Origin: Octopus vulgaris
Lineage: Eukaryota
Length of the DNA stretch: 64,000 nucleotides
NCBI GenBank assembly: GCA_951406725.2
Contig: OX597826.1
Span: forward strand, 55,924,001-55,988,000
Direction of reading: 5' to 3'
The position numbers and the translations under genes were made by a program. How positions within the stretch are numbered: position 1 is the stretch's first letter; the number at the start of each line of letters is the position of its first letter. The notes beneath the pieces were generated by a model, which did not search any database, was not told where the DNA came from, and saw nothing but the letters and a program-made list of their open reading frames with translations. This document shows positions 1 to 15,914 of this stretch, in pieces.

Positions 1-65
1 GAAGTGAATCTTACGGTTTTTGTGTGTTTCTTAATTGGCTTATAAACACTTTCCACGCTGCAATT
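1..65 (+). mobile_element. Partial copy of the fold-back/hammerhead repeat family seen at 62271-62545
   Basis: GAAGTGAATC..GGTTTTTGTGTGTTTCTTAA.TGGCTTA.AAACAC.TTCCACGCTGCAATT aligns with few mismatches to 62475-62539; truncated by the window edge. Confidence 0.8.
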
Positions 66-409
66 AATAAATCATTTGAATGAAATGGTGTAAATGAGAG
101 CCTTAGTTATGCCAATGCAGAAACTGGTTGTCGGAAGTCGTAAGTCAGTTAAAATAAACCTCCTATCTTATCATCTAGGCGCGATAAGCAATGAGCAAAG
201 AGAATGTTTCCATTCAATTATTCTTCCTTTGAAAAGACGATACTCGGGGTGAGCGAATGAAGTTATGATGGATGCCCAATGTTGGATGTGACATCGTGAC
301 GACCCCAGACGAAATTTATAAAATAAAATCATATTCAAGGGCGCTTTTCAAAATTTCCGTAAAATATATTCTTCCATAAGACGGGAATATTTGAATAGAA
401 ACAATATGA

Positions 410-565
410 ATCTTGCTAGCTTCGAGGAGCACTAGCCATAAAAAGCGGTAGAAGAGGCAGAGAGAGAAGAGAGCTTGTTTGTGGACCAGGTGCTGGAGTA
501 TGTTCATATACCAGCTGCTCGTTTTCTGGATCTTGTCTAGAATATCTGTACGTATGTAAAGGAAA
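410..565 (-). mobile_element. Degenerate CR1/Jockey-group LINE ORF2 C-terminal fragment
   Basis: Minus strand reads DILDKIQK...LQHLVH...SLCLFYRF, then frameshifted FYG*CSSKLA. This resembles the LDRIQ..RA / L.HRR..SL.LFYR..G.CS.EL region downstream of RT in CR1-like LINEs. Confidence 0.5.
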
Positions 566-1202
566 AGTGCTATTCCAGCAATACTACTTAAACATCGAGG
601 AAGCCGAGAAAATAAAACTACCATATTCCGTACAGTAGACGAGCTGAGGGAAAACTAAAATCAGATTTGTAATCAGCGTCGAGAACGCATTCAGAAAATC
701 CTCATAATAGTTAATGGGTCGTTTTTCATAGGTTCATAATATATAAGAGCTCATGTATCATTACCAATGGTTCCTGTGTTTAATCGATTGTTATCAATGG
801 GTCCATAACGCATTATAATTAATGGATTGTTACAGATGAATTCATGATGTTTAATGGGTCGTTACTATTAGAGGATGGATAGTCATACAGTGTGTCAAAT
901 ATATGAGCTAGGTGAAACCCTTGGCTCTACAGATTAACTCAGATAAGGAGAAGCAAATCTATGGTTCAGAGAAATTAAGTGATATGATCCCCAACTGGTA
1001 TCGAACTGCTATCGATGATTTAACATGGCAGAAGCTTTACCACCACTCAACGGATTTCGTGTCAAACATCATTAGAAGCACGCGACTAAATGTTAATTAC
1101 TTTATACTCTATACACGGAAACAATATATCACCTTCGCAATCAGGTTGTAGTTATATGCATAGATTACATATACTCACACATACGTACAAACATGCATAA
1201 AT

Positions 1203-1261
<59 letters not shown>

Positions 1262-1357
1262 TATGTATGTATATATTTTTATATATATAAATAAATATAT
1301 GTATATGTATACATATATACACATATATACATGAATGTATGAATGGGATATACTTAC

Positions 1358-1403
<46 letters not shown>

Positions 1404-2312
1404 ACATATATACGTGTATGCATGCGCACACGGCGGGTATGTGTATGTATACAAGCATAATAAATACACATATATCTATTCATAGTTGCATATATATGTA
1501 TGGGACTGTGTCTGTATACCCACCCATCCACACATATACACACACACACACGCGCGCGCGTGCGTGCATATATACCTAGATATACACATAGCAACCATGT
1601 AAATGAAAAAAAAAATGAGTAGAAATGTAAAATACGGTTGAGAATACGATATCAATTAATCTTGATATCGCACATTTTTTTTTTGTTCCCCTTTATTAGA
1701 ACAATAGTCACAACAAGCGAAGCGTGTTATCATGAGATAAATGTCATATCAGAATGGGAGAGAGATATTGGTGAGATAAACGTGTGGCTTAACCATGCGT
1801 GGTATTAAGACAAAACTAGAATTCCGCATAAAAATAACCGCTAGTCAATTCTTATCTGGCTAAATATTTCTAGCCATTAGTCAATGAGAATGTATACATG
1901 TGTGTGTGTGTGTGTGTGTGCGTGTGTATGTGTGAGAGAGAGCGTGATTATAGATGTATATAAGTATAAATATGTGTGTGCGTGTGTATGTGTATGATGT
2001 ATATGTTTGTGCATATTTATATGCATATGAGAGCGTTTGAGGTGTGTGTTTGTATATATCTGTATGTAAATGTATTAATATATCTTTAAACATACACACA
2101 TATATATATACGTACATACATATATATACATATATATATGCATATATATATATACATATGCAAAACTATATATATTATATATACATACCTGTATACACAC
2201 GCGCACACATATGTATGTGTATATATATATATGTATGTATGTATGTATGTATACATATGTGTATATATATGTATATACAAAATAGATAGGTAGATAGATA
2301 AATAGGTAGATA

Positions 2313-2426
<114 letters not shown>

Positions 2427-2820
2427 ACTTTCCACACACACACATACGCACACACACTCGTTCTATTATACAAACAGTCATATGCATATTTGTACGTACG
2501 CACAAATACACACATATATATATACATATACAGGCATATGTATATACGTATACATATATGCACACGTATGACTCTTACTTACTTAAAGAATACGGGTTTC
2601 TTCATTGTTCACGTCTACTCACAAGATGTTAGTCAGGTCGAGATTATATTACAAAACACCTGCCTATGATGACACGTTGTGGAACAGAACAGGGAAGCAC
2701 GAATGCCGAGTGACTTTATTAAATACACAGGTATATATACCCGCGCCTTTAGAAACATTCATGCCTGTATACATCCATCCATTCATACATACATACATAC
2801 ATACATACATACATACATAC

Positions 2821-3012
2821 ATCATCATCATCATTGTTCGAGCGTGGTCGAGACAATGGAATTTACCATGCTACGCCAGACTTCACGGTCCATCATGGCA
2901 TTACGGAGGTCCTGTTGCTGGATGCCTGTATCCCTGGAGATTACATCAGGGTAGGAGAGTGTGCGCCCTCTGGTATTGCGAGTAGATGGCTTCCAGAGGA
3001 GAAGAGTAGAAA
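2821..3012 (-). mobile_element. 5'-truncated RTE-clade LINE 3' end
   Basis: Translation LLLWKPSTRNTRGRTLSYPDVISRDTGIQQQDLRNAMMDREVWRSMVN matches the typical RTE ORF C-terminus (W.P...RGR...D.I..D.......AM.DR..WR). It is followed directly by a short (TGA)n tail and flanked by (TACA)n. Confidence 0.75.
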
Positions 3013-3089
3013 TACATGCATGCATGCATGCATACATACATACATACATACATACATACATACATACATACATACACACATACATACAC

Positions 3090-3245
3090 GTAATACACTG
3101 CCTAAATACCAATCTTGAGAAATTAGGCTTCTCAAAACCAGAAAGTAGAAAGCAAGTTCTAAGACTACAGATCTAATCCCTCTAGGTTAGGAACCGGCTC
3201 TTTCTCTGTTGGCAAGAAACCTTGAAATAAAACTGAACAATGACG
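3090..3245 (+). mobile_element. Short remnant of a putative RLE non-LTR retrotransposon 3' end within (TACA)n (same family as 50511-50735)
   Basis: TACCAATCTTGAGAAATTAGGCTTCTCAAAACCAGAAAG..AAGACTACAGATC aligns to 50531-50597; reads TNLEKLGFSKPESRKQVLRLQI. Confidence 0.55.
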
Positions 3246-3774
3246 CACATACATAACATACATACATACATACATGCATGCATGCATACATACATACATA
3301 CATACATACATGCATGCATGCATACATACATACATGCATACATGTATGCATACATACATACATACATACATACATACATACATACATGCATACATACATA
3401 CATACATGCATGCATACATACATTCATACATACATGCATGCATGCATACATACATACATACATACATACATACATACATGTATGCATGCATACATACATA
3501 CATGCATACATACATACATACATACATGCATGCATACATACATTCATACATACATACATACATACATACATACATACATGCATGCATACATACATACATG
3601 CATGCATGCATGCATACATACATACATACATACATACATACATGCATGCATACATACATACATACATGCATACATACATACATACATACATACATAGATA
3701 CATACATACATACATACATACATACATGCATGCATTCATACGCACATACGAACATACATACATACGTACATATG

Positions 3775-3888
<114 letters not shown>

Positions 3889-3929
3889 TCACATATGTCT
3901 GTGTTGTTATTTTTGTACACACATATATA

Positions 3930-4055
3930 TGCAAAGGATGGTCCAAAAGTCACGAGGTATAAAAATGCAGTTTGTGCAACAGCTGAAATCATCAGATTAA
4001 GCCAACAGATGCTAATATGCACTTAGATGTCGTGACCTTTAGTTCACTCCGTATA
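3930..4055. mobile_element. Possible small Tc1/mariner-type MITE
   Basis: Imperfect terminal inverted repeats GGATGGTCCAAAAGTCACGA / TCGTGACCTTTAGTTCACTCCG, in TA-rich flanks. Confidence 0.35.
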
Positions 4056-4226
4056 TCTACACATACGCACATGCATATACATAAACATACCTGTATACAC
4101 ACGCACACACATACACACACACACATATATATACATACAAACACACAAACATACATACATACACACAATCATATGCATATGTATATATGTATACATACAT
4201 TATACATATATATATACACACATACA

Positions 4227-4257
<31 letters not shown>

Positions 4258-4675
4258 TCGCACACACACATACATGCACACACACGCGCGCATTCATATT
4301 CATATACATATGCCTTCCACATTTAATATTATTAATTTTAATTACATCTGGCACTCGCACGGGAACCACTAACCACTTCACAATGATCCAGATGTCACTT
4401 TCTTCTCTAAGTTATGTTTGTGAATATGACATAAAATTCCACCATGTTTAATATGGCGGCACGAATAAAATCACGCGAATTTCCGTTTGAAGATCCACCG
4501 TATTCAATACATTGCCTAATATAATTAATTAGATTTGAATTTCATTGGTGAAACTGACATTAATGAGTTATTACCAAAGCCATTAATACTGTATTAATAT
4601 ACAAGTTCACTCGGATCCAGTATTGAGTTCTATGTGTGGTTTTTCTGTTATCGCACCAAGATAAATATGGCAGGA

Positions 4676-4773
<98 letters not shown>

Positions 4774-4875
4774 ACTAACTAACTAACTATTTATCTATCT
4801 ATTTATTTATCTATCCAGCTATCTGTCTGTCTATCTATCCGTACACCCTCTCTTACTCTCTTTCCATCTATCTAA

Positions 4876-4931
<56 letters not shown>

Positions 4932-5175
4932 ATATATATATACACACACACAAATATATATATATTTATTTAGTTATATATGTATGCATATGTATAGATG
5001 TATGCATATATGTATTTATATACGCATATACATATGCATATATGCATATGCATGTGTGTGTGTGTGCATATTTGGGTGCGCGCATGTGTATACATACATG
5101 TGTAAATTTGCATCCATGAGTCTATAGATACAGTATAAATTCTTAACACGACTGTATATACAACTTAACATGACT

Positions 5176-5258
<83 letters not shown>

Positions 5259-6159
5259 TGCGCGAAGTATATATCACTGTATATATGTATTGTCATATAT
5301 TGAGATGCATCATGCACTGAAATTGCCTCTCAAAACCCAGGATTCTTGCAGGCGGCGAATTGGTAGAGTCGTTATAGCATCGGTAAAATGCTTTACGGCA
5401 TTTGTGACGACTCTCACTGTACTGCGTTCAAATTCCGTCGAGATCAACTTTGCCACTTATAAGTTAGCTGCAAATAAAATGGTGCCAACCTTGGTAGGGA
5501 ATGGTGAAAGTGTTAGAACGTCGAAATGTATGTGGTATGGTATTTGCTCCAGTTCTTTACGTTCTGAGTTCAACTCCTGCCGTGGACTACACAGCTGGCA
5601 GTCTTAACCCATCAAGCAGATAAACACCATCACATGGCATTTTCGCTACCTTTAGCACAGTCCACTCTGCTGCAAGAATTCGGACAAGGTCATGGATAAT
5701 CTGTAAAGAGAAATGGCCGTTGCCTTTCCTTGTGACTAACAAAGTAAAAAATAAATTTTGGATTAGATTTTTGGTTTGCGTATATCTTCCAAGCCCCCTC
5801 CAGTGCCTCTAGCCCAGCAAAGAGCCATGGTCAATACCTACCCCTTTAAAGAAAGATGATTCAGATGCCGTATACCATCCAGCTCTCTCTTTCTCTCTCT
5901 CTCTCTCTCGTTAAGTCCTGTTAAGTTGTATATACAGTCGTGTTAAGAATTTATACTGTATCTATAGACTCATGGATGCAAATTTACACATGTATGTATA
6001 ATGGGTAGCACTAAATTGGACCTTCATTCTTGCAGTTTCGAAGGCCCTGAAAGTGACCCTTGCTACTGCATTGCTTTCTGAATAAAAAAAAACTGAAAAA
6101 CTTTCATAGCGCAGGCATAGCGGACACAGGCATAGCTGGAGCAGATTGGACTGGTGTTG

Positions 6160-6590
6160 GTATGGCTGAGTGGTTAAGAACTTCGCTTTGCAGCCGAGTG
6201 GTTTCGGGTTCAGTCCCACTGTGCGCACCTTGAGCAAAAGTTTTCTATTATATCTCCCGGTTGTGAATGAATTTGGTAGGCGGGAAATGTGTGCAAACCG
6301 GTCTTATATATACAGGTGGGTGTATGTGTGTGTTTGAGTGTGCGTGTGTGTGTTTGTGCATGTCTGTTTGTCTGTCTGTCTGTCCTTCTTTATGGTGATA
6401 TTTGCCCCCCACCATCGCCTGGCAATCGGGTTTGCTTACGTTCCCTTCCCGTAACTTAGTTGTTCTGCAAAAGAGGCCGATTTAAGAACAAAAAGACGTA
6501 ATTACTGGGGTCGATTTATCCAACCAGCCTCTCCAAGGCGTTGACCCAGCATGGTCGCTGTTCAATGAATGAAACAAGTAAAAGGTAAAA
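6160..6590 (+). mobile_element. SINE family A, diverged copy
   Basis: tRNA-like A/B boxes (TGGCTGAGTGGTTAAG; GGGTTCAGTCCC), internal (TG)n spacer, tail ..GAAACAAGTAAAAG; homologous to 15519-15914. Confidence 0.75.
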
Positions 6591-7688
6591 CATAATACAA
6601 AGACAGAGAAGCAGAGAGAGAGAATTCACAAGCCATTTATACTACAATTCAACTGTTAAAGAATTGCTCCAGAATAGTCTTCGGTATAATGGTTAAAACA
6701 AGGTATAGAATGGAAAGAACTAAATGACATGTCTCCTGTGGCTTCCATTTAATTGAAAACTCATAGTTAACAAGAATGTATTGTTAGTCTCGTTTTTGTT
6801 TTCAATAGTTCTGTGAGTTACTGCAACTCAACAGAAATTCCTCAGTTCCAGCCTGAGGCCATCTAGTGCAAATTTGGTTTCCGATATTTCCACTCACCTG
6901 ATAATATCTATGTAATAGCATTTTTACTAGTTTGCTCCAGTGTTATCAGCATACAATGTATTCTTTATCTAGAAAACAGGAATATAAACATCTAAATATA
7001 TGTACGTATACGCATGCATGCAGATATATATATATATATGCATATGTGTGTGTGAGTGTGTGTGTGTGTGTGTGTGTATGAATGTATGAGTGCATATATG
7101 TGTATATGGAAGTGTGATGTATGTATAAGCGTGCGTGTGTCATCTGTTTGGCGGGATGTTTCAGCATCTTGTATGCGTACATGTCCATATATATTGATGC
7201 ACGTGAGTATCAATTCCCTGTATATAATTACATATAGAGACACCTTTTTTATGAGGCAATATACATATCTACGCACAGCATGTAATATATATATATATAT
7301 ATGTATGTATATTTATGTATATATACATATATATATATATATGTGTGTGTGTGTGTATGTATATACATATACGTATGAATATATTTGTATGTATATATAA
7401 CTTTTAAGCTATTATCAGCTTATCGGTAGCTACACTCAATCGCACAAGGTTTGCGCACAAACATGCACACAAAGAGGAGAAATGCGTATAAATGCAAATG
7501 CATTGAGATGCATATTTAAATTGCGCAACATGATGTGCATGTGCGCGCGCATGTGGCTGTATGCATATATATATTAAGCATGAAGCATGTATATAGTGTA
7601 CGTGCACAGTCTTTCAACATGTCTGTGTTTCTGCGATTGTTTAGGCGATTGTTTTTCAATGTTTGTATGGTTATATTCAAACTTGCCC

Positions 7689-7768
<80 letters not shown>

Positions 7769-7896
7769 ATACACTGAATGAGGAAGGTCTGTCATATTCG
7801 TTTGTGTGCGCGCGTAATTGTATCTATATGTATGTGTATATGTATGTATATATATATACATACATATGTGCTCATATATATACATGTGTGTATATA

Positions 7897-7938
<42 letters not shown>

Positions 7939-8863
7939 TATATGTGTGTGTATGTATAAATTTACATGTGTATATACATAGTTATGTATGTATATGTAGA
8001 CATATGTATGCCTATATACATATTTATAAACATATATTTATATTCCCCTTACACACACACACACACAGATACGTATATTTCTTCATGTATTTGACATACA
8101 GTTATACATACATATTATACGTATGTAAATGTATATATATATAAACTTTAAGTGTGTGTGTGTGTTGTGCGTATACCTTTCTGTATGAAATGTATGTATG
8201 TATGTATGCATGCATGTATGTATGTATGTATGTATGTATTATGTATGTATGCATGCATGTATGTATGCATGCATGCATATATGTATGTATGTATGTATGC
8301 ATGCATGTATGTATGTATTATGTATATATGTATGTATGTATGTACGCATGTATGTATGTATGTATGTATGTATGGATGGATGGATGGATGGATGGATGGA
8401 TGGATGGATGGATGGATGGATGGATGGATGGACGGATGTATGTATGTATGTATGTATGTATGTATGTATGTATGTATGTATGTATGGATGGATGGATGGA
8501 TGGATGGATGTATAATGTATGTATGTATGGATGGATGGATGGATGGATGGATGTATGCATGTATACGAAGCTGCACGGATGTACGTATGAGCGTCGACCG
8601 TGTCAGAGAAAGATAAAGAATGAGTGACTAAGAGTGACTAAGAAAGAGAAAGTAAGAAAGATAGGGAAAGAGAGAGAGAGAGAGGGAGAGAGAGAAACGG
8701 TGTCGGGTGAAGTTGACGGATGCCTGCCTCGGTGTTATTTTATCTATGTCTTGATAGCTGAAGAAGATGAAAGACCCAAGAAGTGAGAAGAAAACAACAA
8801 AATTAAAACGAAATATTCCAAATTTATGATAAACATTGTAAAATAATATATACAGATACATGG

Positions 8864-8960
<97 letters not shown>

Positions 8961-9099
8961 TGTAGAATAATGTGTAAGGAATGGTCCTTCTTATCAGCTG
9001 TAGTGTTGAACTGGCTGTAAGGTTGCCGCCACCCAACGCTAATATCCAAAACCGAAACCAACGTCATCTTTTCTACGATTCATGCGGCCTTCATTCACG

Positions 9100-10700
9100 A
9101 CCAAAACCGCCACCGCCGACACCACCTCCACCACCAGTGCTGCTCACGCAAACACCACCGCCAATGCTTGCCTCCGCTAATACCTCTCTGCCATCTTGCT
9201 TCTCCACCGTCAGTTACACCAGCAATGCCACCATCATCACCTTCGCCATTTCCATCACCACCACCACCACAACCACCACTTTCATCTCCGCCACCATCTT
9301 TATGACTCACATTACTGGCAACCTCATCACCACCACCACCACCGCTAGCATCACCATTACCACCATCACCACCAACATCACCACCATCACCACCACCATC
9401 ACCACCACCATCACCACCAACATCACCACCATCACCACCACCACCACCACCACCACCACCACCACCATCACCACCACCATCACCACCATCACCATCACCA
9501 CCATCACCACCACCATCACCACCATCATCACCACCATCACCACCATCATCACCACCATCACCACCATCACCACCACCATCACCACCATCAACATCACCAT
9601 CAACATCACCATCACCACCATCAACACCAACATCACCACCATTACCATCACCACCATCATCACCACCACCACCATCACCATCCCCACCATCACCACCACC
9701 ATCACCACCATCACCACCATCACCACCATCATCACCACCACCACCATCACCACCATCACCATCACCATCACCACCATCACCATCCCCACCATTACCACCA
9801 CCATCACCCACCAACCCTCACTATTACCACCACCACTGATGCCATCACACTATCATCACCATCACCTCCGCATCATCCCCACCACCCTGTTTCTCACCTC
9901 TACGGCTACCACCACCACCACCACCTCCAATCACATTACCATCACCCTCACCCCCAACCACCACCACCGTCAGTATCACCGCCACCCGCATTACTTCTAC
10001 AACAAGCATCATCACCATCATGAGCACCTCCATTCACCACCACCACCACCACCACCATAACCATCATTATCCTACAGACTACAACTAGAACGATTTACAC
10101 TGCAAACACGACTACTACAACCGTGGCCACTATCTCGACCACTACCTCTAATACTATCACCAAGACTACCACAAGCACCCACACACCCAACTACCACAGT
10201 ATCATTAAAACTTACCATAATCTCTCCATTCGACCACGTCTGCCACTACCACCGCCACCACCATCACCACCAACAACAACAACAATTACACTAATACCAC
10301 TATTAGCACTACCACCAACACTACAATTACCACTGCAGCAACTACAATTAATAATAATACCACCACCTCAGCTACTACTTCTTATAATTGCACCACCATT
10401 TCTGTTGCTACTACTACTAGAACTACTACTACTAATACTAATACTAATACTATTATTACTAATACTTTAGACATCACTACTACTACTATCACCACTGCTG
10501 CTGCTGCTGCAACAACTACCACTACTACTACTACTACAACCATTACTACTATTGTTATCACCACCACTACTGTTGTTACTACTACTACTACTACTACTAC
10601 TACTACCATTACTACTATTATTATCACCCCCACTAATGTTGTTACTACTACTACTATTACTACTACTACTACTACTACTACTATTACTACTGCCGTGAGA
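9100..10700. repeat. Degenerate (CAC/CAT)n then (TAC)n trinucleotide array
   Basis: About 1.6 kb of ACC/ATC/ACT repeats; source of the spurious 359-aa Thr/Ile ORF. Confidence 0.9.
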
Positions 10701-10993
10701 CCCATGTGTGAGGTGCGATGGTGGTGCTAACTTTCACAGCCTTGTTTGGTGTAATGTGTAATCATTTGGATTTACACGATAGGATAATAAAGGTCAGAAA
10801 GGGCAAAGAGAGAGAGAGGAGAAAGAGAGGCATGGAGAGAGAGAGAGAGAGAGAAAGGAAGGAGGGAGGGAGAGAGTGAGTGAGTGTATATGTGTGCCTG
10901 TGTGACTATGTTTAAGAGAAATTGAGAGTGGGGAGAAAGAAAATAGTTTAAAAGAGACAGAAGAGGAGGATAGCAATCCAGATATAATAAAAG

Positions 10994-11034
<41 letters not shown>

Positions 11035-11041
11035 TTTAGGC

Positions 11042-11072
<31 letters not shown>

Positions 11073-11364
11073 GAGATACAGAGAGAGAGAGAGAGATTTA
11101 GGCAGATTGATAGATAGATAGATAGATAGATAATCTATATCTGTCCATCCATCCATCTATCTATCGACGGACAACAGACAGAAGAGAGACAGACAGATAG
11201 ACAGACAGATTGGTTGATAGATTGATAGATAGGGAGAGAGAAAAAGAGAGGTGGAGATAGTGAATAGTGTAAAACGGTGCATGAACGATAGATAAACGAC
11301 GTAACGGAGAAAAAGAAAACAATGAGAGAGGGAGGGAGAGACGGGGAGAGAGGGGAGAGAGAGG

Positions 11365-11400
<36 letters not shown>

Positions 11401-12067
11401 GTGTGTGTGTGTCTGTGTGCGTGTGTATGTACGATAGAAACGAGGGAGTAACAGATGTAAGTAGAAGAAAGTCTGTGTAAAGGAGAAAGAAAAAGTACAA
11501 AAGGCTGGGAGAGAGAGAGAAAAAAAGAAAGGCACAGAAATAGTAAAACTTGAAGAGAGGGTGAGAAAGAGAGAGAGAGGGTGAGAGAGAACGTTTGCAC
11601 GCCAAGAAGCAGTAAACGGAAGAAAAGTGGGAGAAAGAAAGGACGAAAGAGAAAGAGAGAGAGGGTGGGAAGGAGAGAGAAGTGTAACTAAAACGAGATA
11701 CAGATTGTGCTTTTATGAAATGTCTAAAAACAAACTCGAGCATTAAACTTGATGGCAAAACTTTGCACCTAAAACAGTCATTCTTGTATAGTTTCTTGTA
11801 TTTTTTTGTTTGTCTTCGAGAAACATTTATCGTAGTTTTGTAACGATATTTTTGTCCAAACATTTCTTTATACAAACATTAGCCCTAGCGTTGAAACATT
11901 TTAACGAAGCTTTCTCTATCTTATCTTTTTTACTGCTTTTTCTCACGATACTAGGAGGGAACCATTTTATATATTTTTTTTGGCTGTTACTCGATCTGCT
12001 AGAAATGGTAACCAAATCTCCTTCAAATCAAATTCTAAATAGCTTTAATCATTAACTTGTCTCGATC

Positions 12068-12570
<503 letters not shown>

Positions 12571-12574
12571 CGGT

Positions 12575-13390
12575 GCAGTAGCGCACCGTGTAGCCGTTTC
12601 TCAGATGAAGCGTCAAATCTTTATAAATATATTGAAATCTAACTTTCTTTAGTTTGCCAAACAATTAGCTTTTCTTCATTTTTCTATTCTCAGTTTTATG
12701 TTTCTTTAGCTGTTCCCATTGATATTCAAGGCGAGGTTTCGTCTAATACACTTTCTCTTTTGTGTAACCCCACAGGTAAAAATTACATGGAGTGAGATCT
12801 GGACTTCTTGGAGTTCTGGACTTTTGGACTTCTGCTGTCACAGTTTTCAGGTTTTAGCTCCTGCACGTAATGGGGTTTCCACGGACGAAAATTTAATTCT
12901 TTATGCAACTCTGTAGGTATTGTGAGTCTTGTTAGTCCACTTTCACGAGATGCTTCACGTGTTGATTTTTGCTGGCTGCGATTAAACATTTCGTGCACTG
13001 TTACCACGTTCTCCGCTGATCGGAGATGTGGTTGGACGGCCATTTCTTCTCGCTTCGTTCACGGAGCCCGTGGTCGTCAGATTTGCATGACAACTTTTTA
13101 TTGTCTCCGGACGTAGTGTTGCATGCTTACCTTTCCATGCACGCCACCATCTCTGAAACAAAGCAATGGAATTCTACACTGCATAGCGTGCTGCCATCTT
13201 AACTGGCTCCTGAACAATCAAGCGACCGGCCATCTGGAAAATGAGAAATAAGAAATAAGACAATACGAAAATAAGAAATCCCCATTAGTGTTGTCTGTTT
13301 GAAAAATGTTTTCGTCACGACTTCAGAGACACTAAAAATTCTAAAAGCAATTTCTAATGCCTAGTTACTTTGCACCCACACTTTATAAAT
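12575..13390 (-). mobile_element. Degenerate, internally deleted Tc1/mariner-superfamily DNA transposon
   Basis: ORF 12783-13043 RSAENVVTVHEMFNRSQQKSTREASRESGLTRLTIPTELHKELNFRPWKPHYVQELKPEN resembles the N-terminal HTH/linker of Tc1/mariner-like transposases (SP.KS.R..S...G.......L...L...PYK...VQEL). A candidate terminus (CTTTGCACCCACACTTTATA) lies at 13368-13387, next to (TA)n. Confidence 0.7.
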
Positions 13391-13439
<49 letters not shown>

Positions 13440-13440
13440 C

Positions 13441-13508
<68 letters not shown>

Positions 13509-14247
13509 GTATATATGTATGTACATATATATATATATATATATGTGTGTATATATATATATATATATGTACACACACATATTTACATATACATATGTGT
13601 GTGTGTGTGTGTGTATAAATATGTACACGAATATATGTATACAGTGTATGTGTACGCGTGTGTCTATATATGCATATGCTTATAATTATATGCAGGCATC
13701 TTATGTATATGTATATGCATGTGCATGTATATGTGAATATGTTTATATACAAGCACACACATACAAACATATACACACATACACAAACGCACACGTCCAC
13801 ACACACACACAAAAACACACACACACAATCACATACACACACAAGCAATCGCACACACACACACACACAGCACACAGAGGCACAAACACACACATACGCG
13901 CACAAGTATCTAATCTGCGTCTTTAGGGGTTTAATTATTTCTATATTTTTCAAAAACTCGTACACAACTTGACACAACAACAAAACTTATTTGACACAAC
14001 AAAGCAGAAAAAACCCCCCAAAAATACGTAGAAAACAAATAACAGCAACACACTAAAAACGAAAAAACAAACAAAAAATTGGTGTCAACATCTCAAACCT
14101 ATAGAATTTCCACTTTGTATATCTATTTATTTATTATAATTTGTTTACTATTTTTATCTATTTATTTATCATTTATTTATTTATTCATTTATTTATGATC
14201 ATCATCATCATTATTATCATCATCATCATCATCATTATCATCATCAA

Positions 14248-15060
<813 letters not shown>

Positions 15061-15380
15061 GAGTAAGTGGGAGAGCAATGCTTGCCATCAAAGTGACACA
15101 GGGGTAAAATATACAAAGCCCAGTATACACATCATGACTACCCGTCTGATAAGGACACACCAGGCACATGCTGCACAACCGCATGTGTGTGACATTGCAT
15201 GTGGGGCCCAGTTATAATTTTCTTCAGGTTGAGTAGCCCATCATGCTCAAAAGTTCCCTGAATAAGGGTTATTGAAGGATGTTGAACGAAACATCCATAT
15301 ATCCAAAGGTGAATTATCCAAACCCCCAAGAATTCCTCACAACACATGGCTATGATGCTCCCCCAGTACTTCTGCTCGTG
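15061..15380. mobile_element. Unclassified complex-sequence insertion between (TTA)n and (TATG)n arrays, possibly a retroelement 3' UTR
   Basis: About 320 bp of higher-GC unique sequence sharply bounded by microsatellites; no credible ORF. Confidence 0.35.
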
Positions 15381-15518
15381 TATGTATGCATGTGTGTATG
15401 TATGTATGTATGTATTTATGTATGTATGTATGTATGTATGTATGTATGTATGTATGTATGTATGTATGTATGTATGTATGTATGTATTTATGTATGTATG
15501 CGTGCATATATGTATGTG

Positions 15519-15914
15519 GGCGCAGGAGTGGCTGTGTGGTAAGTACCTTGCTTACCAGCCACATGGTTCCGGGTTCATTCCTACTGCGTGGCATCTTGGG
15601 CAAGTGTCTTCTACTATAGCCTCGGGCCGACCAAAGCCTTGTGAGTGGATTTGGTAGACGGAAACTGAAAGAAGCCCGTCGTACATATATGTATGTTTGT
15701 GTATATATTTGTATGTCTGTATTTGTCCCCCCCCACCCCAACATCGCTTGACAACCGATGGTGGTGTGTTTCCGTCCTCGTAACTTAGCTTTTCGGCAAA
15801 AGAGACCTATAGAATAAGTACTAGGCTTGCAAAGAACAAGTCGTTGGGTCGATTTGCTCGACTAAAGGCAGTGCTCCAGCATGGCCGCAGTCAAATGACT
15901 GAAACAAGTAAAAG
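15519..15914 (+). mobile_element. SINE family A (tRNA-derived, CORE-like segment, internal microsatellite)
   Basis: GGCGCAGGAGTGGCTGTGTGGTAAG (A box), GGGTTCATTCC (B box), CTTGGGCAAGTGTC (CORE-like), TA/TG spacer, tail GACTGAAACAAGTAAAAG; more than 10 copies in the window. Confidence 0.9.

Noticed and set aside
3985-4000. CTGATGA on the minus strand as a hammerhead core
   Set aside because: No helix II/GAAA/helix III in register.
8981-10060. 359-aa Thr/Ile-rich mucin-like ORF
   Set aside because: Translation of a degenerate CAC/CAT array open in several frames on both strands; no splice or domain support.
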